This document shows, piece by piece, positions 11,092 to 22,626 of a stretch of 64,000 nucleotides of DNA (positions are counted from its first letter, which is position 1; every line of letters begins with the position of its first letter). This DNA is from Takakia lepidozioides (Eukaryota; Plantae; Bryophyta): contig CM060733.1 in assembly GCA_030704615.1 (NCBI GenBank), positions 46,872,001-46,936,000 of the forward strand, in the 5' to 3' direction. Both the position numbers and the translations under genes were made by a program. Under the pieces are notes generated by a model, which was given only the letters and a program-made list of their open reading frames with translations, searched no databases and was not told the origin of the DNA.

Positions 11092-14000
11092 ATGGGGAAG
11101 CAGTTTTGGGGTTGCGAACAGACAGAGAAAATAGTGTTGGACTTCAGAATGCGCGCATTGGTTCTGGAGATGATAAGAGCGGCCCGGAGGAAGAAGGGGA
11201 TGTTGGCTGTGCTGGCGGGGAGCGTCGTGTGGATTTGCCTGTCGGTTCTCATCTCTGTCGCCCTCTTCTGGTCTTGTGAAGCTCATAGCAGATACCCAGG
11301 TACTGTTTAAAGTCAGTATTGCGGGAGTTCTAACGTGGGAGTATTTTCGTCTTAGCAGGTGTGTCTGTTATGGCAATCGTACAGACATTGGAATTGGACT
11401 GTTAGGATTAATGCTGTGTACTCAAGCCCCTGTCCTAATGGTCTGAGACTATCTTGTTGTCTTCCTCAAGGTCAATGCAAGAAGAAGAGCCGAGTTTTCT
11501 TGATCCTGGGAGCTCTTGGATTGTTCCGTGCCCCTGCACACCGTATGTTTCTATCTGCCTTAGCCCTGCCTTATTCTTTTCTATAATTGTCTGTATTACA
11601 GGGAGAGATGGAGAGAGAGTACCGAGGAAATATAGAGATCCTTGCCCGGTGTGGAGGAAACACGAAATGAAAAGATGGAAAACTCTGATGTCTAGGGACG
11701 CCCACCGAGAAAAAGAGAGACAATGTAAGTATAAGACTTTGTTTGAAGGAGCCTTGTGGCCATAGACCCCGCTCCCAGTTGTTGGGTATCTCCAAGAAGT
11801 TGGAAGTTCACTTTTGAAAGAAAAAGTGGTCAATGAAGGCGTTGCTTTTTTACAATCTCTTCCTAGAGACTGTTACTACAACGCAGCATGTCCACAAAAT
11901 AAAAAGCCCCTAACACACATTTCCAGACTTCAGAACTTAATCTTGTGCCAACTCTGCAATGCATGACACAATTGGATGCCTCCCACATGGCTGCATGCTT
12001 TGCTGATGGGTAACTGCTTTCCCTCCACAGGGTGCCCAATCCCTCTCGTGGATAGTCCCTATAGAGTGCAAATGCCGACTTTACAGAACACTGGCCATTA
12101 CCCATTCAACCTGACTTACATGTTAGCGGAGAAAGCTGTGGGTGCCCACCAAACACTGCAGCCATTGTTTGGGGGCTACCAGACCTGTGAGCAAAGGGAA
12201 GAGAGCTTCAAAATCAAGCCTCAGATGAAGGTGATGATGCTTCTCATTCCCCAACACTTGCCTTCAACATGGTTGTATGTACAAGATGAACTCCCCTCTC
12301 TGGGAGATGAGTTTGTGACCTAGTGGTTAGAGTGAAAATTTCCCCCTTCAGAAATGGAAACCGACCCTCCCAACAGCATCAACGTCACCCTTTACTGGTG
12401 TCCAAGACGTCAATCAATATGCAGAAACTTCCCAACAAAATAGGAACTGTATAAGGAAGAACGTGCCACTGGAAGAAGCTTTAGTGATGTATAATAGGTA
12501 TTTTTCAAATGAATGCTTGTTATTGTTTTGCAATTTCAGGTAGAAAGTCAGTTGGGTTCCTGGTTTAAGTAGACCTTGGCGTCAGTGCTGTCTAGGACCA
12601 GCTGGTCTAGAGGGAAAGTTTCGAATATGTGGAAGGTTATGTTACTCCGCACTCTGTGTGGAGGAAGAGACACTCCTAATCTTGGTGCCATTTTCCTTCT
12701 GTGCATGTACACAGGTGCATTGTGGGTTCATCGAGAAGTCAGGAGGAGACATTGATGACAGTGACGGCCACTACCTAAAGAAATGTCGCTTCCTAGTTGC
12801 CTCGGGGATATTTGACAACTATGATCAACCCCACCAGCCATCAAACATCAGCCTTCTCTCTCAAAAAATCTTTTGCTTCGTCATGGTGGTTGATGCCAAG
12901 TCACTTGAAAGCATTGAGAGAGGAGCAAATTTTACGCAAGATAGACATGGTGGGAAATGGGTTGGACTATGGCGCTTGCTTGTGCTACAAAACTTGCCCT
13001 ATGATGAGCCGCGCCGCAATGGAAAGGTACCCAAACTTTTGATTCATCGGCTCTTCCCAGAGACACAATACAGTATTTGGATCGACGGCAAAATGGAGCT
13101 TGTAATTGACCCACTCTTAATATTGGAGAGGTAATACCGCTTGCCATTCCGAAGACAGTCCAGCCTCCCTTGTAAGTGCATGGCAAGAGAGAATGTACTC
13201 ATCAGACGTTGTTTGCCCTAGCTTTGTGGCCATCGACCCCGCGGCCAGTTTGAGCAGAACCATGGCACAAGAGAGAGAGAGATAGGCAGACAAAGAGAGA
13301 CGCATGCTGTTCTTGGGTTTGGAGTTTAGTTCCTCAACCAATGGATATCAATTATTGAATCGGACCGCAATATTAAATATCATGCAAGGGCTGTCTGGAC
13401 ACTGCAGGATCCCGAAATGGGAGAAGGCTGTAAAATGATTCAGTAGGGTACTGTTATGCAGTATCTGAACGATGGTTTCTGAACTGCCAGCTCCTCTGTT
13501 GCACAATGATGTCTTGAAACCCCAACTGCAGGTATCTGTGGAGGGGTCAGCACAAGTTTGCCATTGCACAACATAAACATCACCGCAGCATATATCAGGA
13601 AGCTGAGGCCAATAAACGTCGCAAACGATATGCTCGCCCTTTGATTGACAGACACATGAAGCTTTACCATCATGAGGGCATGCGGCCCTGGGGTGAAGAG
13701 AAGCTGCCCCTCCCAAGTGGTATGTAAACTGTAACAAGATATTGAGTTCTCTCTTAATCTTTTGGGTGATCATCTATTAAACTCCTTAGAAGTTGTGCTC
13801 AGTGCTGACAGATATGGTGTACCTTCTGTGTTGTTACATCTTAATATTTACATCTGGTGGATAACAAGGATGTACTAATGACGTTGATGGCCATGACCCT
13901 GTGATGCAAAGAGAAGAAAGAAAGAAAGAAATGAAGTGAAGAATGTATATAACCTTTCAGAAGTTCAGAGACAGAGAGAGTGGGCGTCTAGGACAGACAC

Positions 14001-14415
14001 CTTCTTTCAATGGAGGGATATTTGTTTGGGAACCAATGGTTTGTTGTATGTGATTGCAGATGTGCCTGAGGGTGCGATCATCATCCGCGAGCACACACCC
14101 TTGACGAACCTTTTCTCGTGCCTTTGGTTCAATGAAGTGAACCGTTTTACTCCTCGCGATCAGCTGAGCTTTGGATATGTCGTCTACCGCCTCAATGGCT
14201 CCTTCCCCTTCTTCATGTTCCCTAACTGTGAGTACAACTCTCTCACGGTTCTGCATAAACACACTCGTGAACACTCCTCGAAGGTGGAATGGGTGAAAAG
14301 CTTTGATCAATTGAAGGGGGGCAATGTCATGCTGGAAACCCGGGGAGGCATCGGGCTGTGGACACCCGACATGGCAGTTGATTCACTGGCATCATCAAAT
14401 ACCCAGGCTCCTTGA
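11092..14415 (+). CDS. DUF616 family protein (TOD1/MUCI70-like putative glycosyltransferase or ceramidase), type II membrane protein; exons 11092-11299, 11471-11542, 12031-12230, 12715-13130, 13532-13719, 14060-14415
   Basis: N-terminal TM segment, then HRCPIPL..PLFGGYQT..REESFKIKPQMK|VHCGF..ASGIFDNYD..PYDEPRRNGKVPKLLIHRLFP..SIWIDGK..ILER|YLWRG..YARPLID..|DVPEGAIIIREH..CLWFNEVNRFTPRDQLSF; phases are consistent; the first two exons are less certain. Confidence 0.88.
11715..11785 (-). mobile_element. Short diverged 3'-end copy of APE-type LINE family (GA-associated), in a DUF616 intron
   Basis: GAGAGACAATGTAAGTATAAGACTTTGTTTG..GCCTTGTGGCCATAGACCCCGCTCCCAGTT aligns to 46515-46580. Confidence 0.6.
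13185..13260 (-). mobile_element. Short 3'-end copy of APE-type LINE family, in a DUF616 intron
   Basis: GAGAGAATGTACTCATCAGACGTTGTTTGCCCTAGCTTTGTGGCCATCGACC..; flanked on both sides by CATGGCA(CA)AGAGAGA, a possible TSD. Confidence 0.75.
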
Positions 14416-14739
14416 GACTCTTTTGTGTGTGCTATCCTTACCATTTTGGGGGTAGCTCAAGCCTCATGACGAGGCAAACATCGGCTTGACACATTTGCAA
14501 CCCGCAGTGCCTGCAATGTTAGCAAGTTACGAACCTTCGATAGAGGCTATGGAGCGTGTCCTGTATACCGGACAAATTTTGCTATGCTTGTGCAAGTCTT
14601 CCTGCGAGTCTCTCATTCTGGAGTGCGATCCAACACCCATGTTAGCTCGCCATTCCTGCCCAAGGATAGAAGAGACAGTATGCCATGGACGATGCGGCAA
14701 TGTGGTACAGTCTGTTGGGCACGTAATTTGGCAGTCCTT

Positions 14740-16640
14740 AGTGGGATAACAAAATAGATTTTGAAGGTGGCTCAGATGTGTGTTGGGAGCGCGATTGTGG
14801 CTTCGGGTATCGTAAGTGGAAGGCATGTGGATCAAATAGACGAGTGCCACTTGCATCCGTTAGTGCAGACGAAACATTGTACTGTTTGAAGAAATTAAGT
14901 GTGGTTTGCTTACGGGGGTTGATCTCCGGGTCACGCAGATGTATTTGTGGGCTTGTATGCCAGGCCATTTCCAGCGGTGATGTGTAGAGCTGTATTTGGG
15001 GTATATTTGTATTGAGTGCGATGTGCATGTATTTAAGTATTGAGAGAGTCCTGATTATCGGGGAGTGGGTGCAAGCTATAGGTTTATAGCATGTAGATGC
15101 ATAAGTCCCCCATATATAGAGGCAACACGCATAACCGGGAGTCCCCAATAAATACTCCCCAATTTTCCCACATCATTTAGTGCTTCTTGGAGTTGTTTAC
15201 CTAGTGTTCTAGCGTATGCCTCAGCTAGAGTTGTGGTATCAAGTCCATGCAGGTTTCAGGGAAGCTATACTAGTGCATTGGGTGTGTTGTTTGGGAGTCC
15301 GCACACTTTTTTGGACAGGTGTATAATGTGTTTGTCTAATGCATTAACGTTGGGAATGGAGAAAGGCTCTACCTCAAATATAGATGTTCCTAGCACTGTG
15401 TCAATGATAAACAATTTTTGACGTATAATGGAAAATAAACTTAGTAGGGCCAATGCTTGTGAGAGCAGTTTTGTCTGAGTAATGTCTCTTTGGGTGTCCC
15501 ATTTTAGCGAAGCCCTTAGTTGTATGCCAAGGTATGTATAGGGCTTAGCCTGGCCTAGGTAGGGGAAATATAGGTTGTTGTATACATTGACGTGGTTTCT
15601 GTGTCTTGTTTGGTATAGTGGGTGATAGCACATTTATGTAGGCTCAATTCCATCGCCGCCCATTTGAATCTTTCAAGTTTTTTAATTTGTCGATTAAGAT
15701 GGGTTGGTTTGTTGGAAAGCAAGACAAGTTCATCTGCATATGCAACTGCAAGGATGTTGTTGGGTGAGGTAATGTATTGGTATCCTATGTTACCTCGAGC
15801 TAGCCATCGAAAGAGGGGCTCCAAAAAAATAAGGAATAGATATGGGCTAAGTGTGTCTCCTTGTATGGTGCCTATGCGAATTGATATAGGCGAAGTGTCT
15901 CCAAACGATGGCCAGAATATGTGGTAGTGGCATCTGGGTAGATATTCCCAATTAGCATGACCGCATCTTGTGGATAGCCTAGATCAGTGATGACGGCCGG
16001 CACTCTGGCATGATTAATGCAGCCAAATGCATTATTGAAATCAATGTATAGCAGATATATGTCTTGGTGGGTGAAGAGTTGATATAATGAGCTGAATTTG
16101 TCTATTTGTGCTTTTTGCAGCTCAGAATCCTAATGTGAGTCACTAAGAGTGTGATATTGCTCTCCATAAAACGTGAGGAAGGTGGTCATAGTATTGGTAA
16201 ATAGTTTATATATGGTATTTGCAAGACCAATGGGCATGTAGTTTCCCAGTTGAGTATGGTCATCTTTTCTATAAATGAGTATTGTGCGGCTATTCTTCCA
16301 GTTTGTTGGGATTCTATGTTGTTGATAGCAAGTTACAAAAAAACGGTGGATCAGCCAATGTAGTTGTGGGTCCAGTGCTCGCTTTGAGTATTTCATTTGT
16401 GCTTTTGAGTTAGAGAGCGTTTGAGTGCATGAATGATATATTTCCGGGGTTTAGGGTCCTCTCTGTTCTAGTTTGAACCCATCTATATCATGTCATGGGT
16501 AATGTTTGGCTTGGCATGCACAATGCTGCAAGTGGAAAGATGGCTGAAAGAATGCATGTGTTTGCGGTTGATATATTGTCGCGGCTTGTTGGTGTATGAC
16601 TTTATTTATGGAGGGTGGAGAGGTATGTAGTATTCCCTGA
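14740..16640 (-). mobile_element. Degenerate non-LTR retrotransposon RT region, RandI/Dualen-like
   Basis: Frameshifted translation: IPTNWKNSRTILIYRK..GNYMPIGLANTIYKLF; QDIYLLYIDFNNAFGCINHARV..DLGYPQDAV..NIYPDATT; QGDTLSPYLFLIFLEPLFRWLARGNIGY; AYADELVLL; YTYLGIQL. These are RT subdomains interrupted by stops and frameshifts. Confidence 0.85.
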
Positions 16641-17817
16641 AACTCCACCATATGTGAGTACATCGGCAAGTTGCAGAAATTGAAAATTGTGTGGTCAAGG
16701 GTTTAAATATTCTCACTACCAATGGCCGATAGCTTAGCTGCTGGATAGTGCACACCATGTCACCCTAATGCTTTTGCCATGTGTGTGGTGGTACCTATGG
16801 TTTTGGCCTTGGGATGGTCTCTCTTGTATACTTCATGGCTTCTATGAAAGGGGGTTGATTTATATTCTCTGTAACGGGCCTCAATTGCTAACGGTAGCAA
16901 GATTCCTTTCTCAAAAACAAAACTCTCAATGAGAAGGTGAAGTATTAATCTTCATCTCTCTATTGAATCAATTATTCGTTTAGTTTTCTTACTTTAGAAA
17001 AAGTGTAAGTCCAATGTATACATGACATCATGGATGATCTGCCTACATAGTCATACATGAGAACTAAGCTATATTGTCATATATACATGCATAGTCCTAC
17101 ATACAGGATGTCATGTATAATCTACATGGTCATACATAATAAGTCTGATGCATTGTCAGACATACCTACATAGACAGTGCACAAAAATGTGCTTTGTGCA
17201 TGAAGATATCTCATGTATTCCCATGCATGACCATATATCTCTCATGTATTTCCATACATGTATGACAACATATGAAGATGGGACCGCATCTGGGCATTGC
17301 AGGCCACCCCACTTGGAATGCCTTCAAAGAGAACTGGAACCTACATTCACTAAGTAAAAGAAGACATTCCAGCTGAGTCATCAAACTAGAATATGGACAC
17401 AGAGATAAGAAAGACCAAGAAGATAACAAAGTAAACACCCATTTCCCAGTTGTCCTCATGTCTGTTATCAATTGAGTACAGAGGGAATTGAGTAAAGAGG
17501 CATCATGCCTCTTGCTGGAAACGTTGAAAGAAGGTGAAGGAGTGTGAGAACAGAAGATGAGCCCAAGTCAGACTGCGAAACGATGACCATCCATGTCAAC
17601 GGTTGGCCCAATCGGGCATACAGAGGGACAAAATTCAACACAAGCACTGGAAAACTTAGGCCTCAATGCACAACACAATCAAGCCTCACTAGCATGAATC
17701 CAGGAAAAGGACAGGCTCTCAGGGCCCAGCATTCTCCTTGTCTTCACATTGGATACTGAGCAATACGCAAAATACGGTCCACACGGCCAATGTGTGCTTC
17801 AATGTGGGATTCATGCA

Positions 17818-19022
17818 CTACTGTTGGTGTTTTGGGCCCTCAGCAGTAGTGCAACATGTTGAGTGAATGCCTGAAGGTATCTGTGGCAGAGCTTGTGATC
17901 TGTCTAGTGTTGCAACTGGAGGGACCTTGCTCAATGGTCTAGCTCCTTTTGCAGGTTGCGAATGAAGGCACGAAGGTCGGTGCTTGCGAGCTGGTAACCT
18001 CTCCTGAGGTGTCATATTTTTTTCCAAAGGCCCACTTCCCTTGACAAGTTGTAACAGAGGACATGAAGGTTGATGCACACGGACCTGTGGTCTGTATGGA
18101 GCTGGGCCATTTGCAGGGTCTGCAGCACCCAGCAACCTACTTGTGGTCTCAGAGCCCAAAGGCCCATCTACCCTGCCATATTTTGTTAGAGGGCAAGAAG
18201 GTCTATGCATTCGAGGCCGAGCTCTGTGTGGAGCCATGCCTTCAGCGGTCTTCCCCCACACTCCATCTTCTGTGGGAGGTTGATGTTCAAGGACAGAGGG
18301 AATTTCTGACGAGCTTACAGCAGATGGGCCATCTGCTGTTGGAGATAGAAACCTGCTCCTGCCAGATTGTACTGAAGGGCAACAACCAAGCCTTCCAGAC
18401 TCTGTTCTACCAGGAGCCAGGCCTTCCATGGCACCATAACTAAACAACTTATCCGCACTGGGGGATTCGGGCTGGTGTTGACTGTCCAAAGAAGTGGGCA
18501 TGTCTTGCAAGCCATCAGCACCCAATAGCCTGGCTTCTCTGCCGAATTGTGAATCAACAAGGTTCAAAAAGTGTTTAGGATCAGTGATCTCCGAAGGACT
18601 GACGTCATCAGCCATGCCATAGTCTTCTGCAAGACTTAAGTACTGACTGTCATCCATAGGGTTGAAGGCCTCTGAAGGACCCATCACCTCCCTATTGAGT
18701 GTTGTTAAATCATGGACTTTAGTCCTGAGACGTTGTAGTGCCTGAAGTGTGTTACAATCCCTATCCAGATCCAAATTAGAACTACCATAATGTGGTAGGT
18801 GAGTGACCGGCGGTGGAGAAACAGATTCTTCAGTCGAAGGTAATAGGAATTTTCGAGAATATTCACAATATAGGGGACTTGGTACTGTAGGATCACATAA
18901 TGGGGTCACTTCCTCATCACACCGATGCTTATCTGCAGCAAACACACTCCTGAATAAACCGGGTTCAAATTTTATGGGGATGCTGAATCCACCTGCTGAA
19001 ATCTGGTTGTCCCTTTCACAAT
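17818..19022 (-). CDS. Orphan, low-complexity protein (large exon, about 400 codons) with three H-x-P-S-C repeats; upstream exon(s) uncertain
   Basis: The 375-aa ORF extends in frame to a candidate acceptor (CTGACATCCAG|) at 19023; no recognisable family. Confidence 0.4.
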
Positions 19023-19620
19023 CTGGATGTCAGGAATCAATGATTAGGTAAGTAGCCTAACAATTGATCTGTGCTACTTTAGGGCTGAGAAACATGAGAA
19101 AAGGTAAATTTCCACCTCTACCCTCCAGGATTGCAAGAGCACAATTGAAGTCAGGGTGGCTCTGTGACCACTTGAAAGGCCGTCTTTCACAGGGTACATG
19201 CCAAATCTGCCTTTCAAACATAACATCATGCAGCAATTGAATAATGCCAGGAACATTTCAACTTACAAACAGGATGTTACTCCAGTAAGCATACTCATGC
19301 ATCCACTGATTTCAATGTTGCTGCATTCCAGTCTGCTTGCGCATGTGGCTTTTTGAGGAAGTTTGAAGTAGGAACAAGATATGAGCTTCCCCATTCCTCT
19401 ACTGACTGCTACTACTACGTTCTCTACTGACGGCTGCGCCCATGATTCCCAGGTTAAAGGGTAAATCACATTCACTGCAAGATCTGTCATATATCTTCAC
19501 AATACACCATGACCACCTTACCACATTACTCCCAACCAAGTAAACAATTCAACTACTATTATGGAGGATCATGGCCTTCGCAAAAATTGCAGTAAGGAAG
19601 CACATAGCCAGCTCAAGCAC

Positions 19621-19962
19621 TCACATACCAAACACAAGGTCCACAAACTTGGAGATGGTGGACTTGGCTGGTGAGGCAAGAGCTCCTGTTAAGCGCGGCG
19701 CACTATCACTGCCTTGGATGTAATATGGCCGCTGTGATGCCTGCACAGTTGACGTTGGGGTTCCACGACCAGGAGTGCGGGGGGGAAGTACCATAAATGA
19801 CGACCCTCTTGGAACATTCTCAGTCAAGGCTTGCCGCTTCATTGGGTCCAAGGGCTTCACACCCACAATGAGAGCCCCGTTGAGCTGCAAACCATTCTTC
19901 AGCAGTGCCTTCTTTGCGTCGTGCTGATTCTGCTCATCACAACCCACCATTTCCAGTGAACA

Positions 19963-20019
<57 letters not shown>

Positions 20020-22626
20020 CAGTGGTGGGTGCAGATGGAAAGAGAACCGCTGACTCCTACGGGTACGTTTTGAGTCCCTGCCAGAACCATGCAGTGCCAA
20101 AAATACAGCATGAATTACTCTGGTATGGTGGTTGTCCCTCTGAAGGAGCTGCAGTGGATCCGTCTCGGTCACTCTCTCTAGAAACGGAGGGGTTGGGCCC
20201 TGTCCAAGGCAAACTGATCACTTACTGGAAAACATCTTCTCTTCTGTCTCCTGCAAGGCCCAGAAAGGTATGTGCTTTTTGTGTGGTCGATCATATACAG
20301 AATTTAGCACAGGCAAATGGCTGAGGCCTGTAGATTTGTTTCCCGAAAGTATTAGAGGCCTTTGTTGACAAGGCATGCCATGCATCATCGACAAGGCTTT
20401 AAGGCATGCCATACATTGTCATTGCTTTGCCCACTGCTAGGTGGTGTAATCAGCCATTACACAGCCCAAATGACTGGTGGGCTGCACTTGCTGTTGCAGG
20501 TCTCCATTTGGCAGGCAGATTGTCTTCTTGCCTTCTCCTGTAACCGAGTTCCCCTTAGTCACTGGCTGGTCTACACATTCTCTCCGGCTTGGTCTTCCCA
20601 AGTTCAACTGTCAGAGGGTTTGCCCTCAGATGACTTTTCAAGCTTTATGGTTTTGGCTGGTGTCTTGTGGCTTCTGCCTTTCCACCTCTATTCGTTGGGA
20701 TTGCTTTTTCTTTGGAGGTGGTTTCACTGTCACCTGTCTACTAGCACTGGCCCTGCCAATGCAGCTTTCCTTGGCCAAAGTTGTGTTGGGTTTGTGGGTC
20801 TTAACGTGTGATCTGGGGGAGGTTTCCCCCTTTCCTCACACAAAGGAAGAAATCAAAATCAGATCTATTAGAGAGGGAAAGTACTCATAAGACGTTTGCC
20901 GTAGCCTTATGGCATAGACCCTGCGCCCAGATTAGGCGGAACAAAAGGGATGTGGCCACAAAGAGAGAAAGACAGTGAAAGAAAGGAATGCTCAAAGAGC
21001 AATGGGACAAAGGTGGAAAAAGAGAGAGACCTGATATTGAAGGTGAACCCAGTTGGCGCCGCCAGGTCCAGAGACATGGTTGACAATGGTTCCACATTTT
21101 TCAAACTCTCGCATCACTGTGTTGGTTTCCTCTGCCCCAAACCTGTGGCCCCAACCAGAGACAATCATTATAAAGTCTCAAACTGGCATCCATGTGAGTG
21201 ACTTAAATTGAAGGTCGTGATTTTCAAGTTATGATCAACGATCCAGGAGAAGTTCATTACAGCAAGAGCTGTAGTTGTGGCACATTCAGATTTAGAAGTT
21301 CTCATGATAAAAGTCTCACATGAGAGGGGTATAGTACATTTACTTAAAAAGTAGCTATTACATGCAGCACAAGGGTAGTCAGTTACTTGCAATAATTCTC
21401 CCCATGCCTGCAAGGGGCTGGCCAAGAGCTGCAAACCAAGGGCCAAATGAGAAAATTTCCTGGAGCCAATCTATGCAATATCATATGTTTGTGCGAGGGA
21501 GAGAAAGGATCTCAGATTACAGGGACTTCCAAGATAGAGTCCACAATGAGCACTGAGGTTTGACAGGCTTAAAGTGTTTGGTTATGGTCAAAGTCTCCAG
21601 GGTAGTTCAAATTGACATAAGGGAAAAAAAGTTGATACTCACCCATGGCAATGCTATATTGTATTTGATGCAAAACCATGGAATTGTCAGTTAATATATG
21701 ATACACTTCTTACATGCTACAAAATTTCCTTGACTTGGTGATTTGGCGGCCATACAAAAACCTGATGGCCCTGACGGTCTACACTAACCCAATCAAATAC
21801 TTTGTAGGGAAGTCCTACCTTCACGTGTCCTACCCCAAGAAAGAATATATTCATGAGACGTTTGCCATAGCCTTGTTTGAGCGGATGTGTGTGTGAGAGG
21901 GAGGGGTAGAGAGAGACCTCTTTCCAATTACCAAACATAAAAAAGCTGGACAGGAAGAGTAAAGTACCCAAACACTGTGACCCATTCGCTGCCCTCGGGA
22001 CTCGTGTCAACCACACCAGTGGGGCGCTGTGGCTCTGGACGAATAACATCACGTGGAGGGCCAAGCGCCAGCAACCCACCAGATTGTGACTTAACAACAC
22101 CTGCCACTGGACTGCCCCCCTCTCTCTCCTCCTCTCTCCCAGTGCTGCTGTCATGGAGACTACGTTCTTTCAGTGGTGACCACCATGTGGGGCTTCCTAA
22201 GCTTTGATGCTGTGAGGGAGCAGGTGGCGAGGCTGTGGACAAGGAGTAGCCTGGCGTGGATTCCCCATAGATGAAGCCATAACCACTGCGCAGGCTTGTG
22301 GAGGTGAATGGCGTCCTTAAGGGTGATTTTCCTTCAGTGTACTTGAAAGACTCTGGAGAACGCAAGGTCCCATCTCCCATAGTTGCAGCATCAGGGGAGC
22401 GCTCAATGCGATCCTCCAGAGTGTAAAAGGGAGGAGGAGGGGGGCCCACTCCACCAGCGCTCTCACGCCATAATGCAGCTGCTGCAGCAGCCTGGCCAGG
22501 CATGCCCAAATCCCCTCTGCCTTGAGCTGACCGGGCTGCCGGGGATGCTGACAAATCGCGGTAGAAGAGGGACTGTGCCCTCCCTCCCTTGCTTGCACTT
22601 CGAGTTTGCACGCCTGTTGCACTCAT
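19621..22626 (-). CDS. NUP35: Nucleoporin NUP35/NUP53 (MPPN RRM domain); exons 22626-21968, 21142-21031, 19929-19621
   Basis: QSLFYRDL..PPPPFYTLEDR N-terminus; EWVTVFG|FGAEETNTVMREFEKCG..ANWVHLQYQ|NQHDAKKALLKNGLQLNGALIVGVKP; C-terminus SKFVDLVFGM. Confidence 0.93.
19968..20015 (+). repeat. (GA)n microsatellite in NUP35 intron
   Basis: About 24 perfect GA units; other (GA)/(CT) tracts at about 1648-1670, 10995-11017, 42395-42430, 44125-44152 and 46490-46520. Confidence 0.95.
20870..20950 (-). mobile_element. Short 3'-end copy of APE-type LINE family, NUP35 intron 2
   Basis: GTACTCATAAGACGTTTGCCGTAGCCTTATGGCATAGACCCTGCGCCCAGATTAGGCGGAACAAAAGGGA aligns to 46524-46598; a smaller relic lies at about 21842-21876 in intron 1. 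Confidence 0.75.

Noticed and set aside
10579-11286. 235-aa minus-strand ORF
   Set aside because: It runs through a microsatellite, the inverted-repeat arm and antisense DUF616 exon 1, and has no protein-like features.
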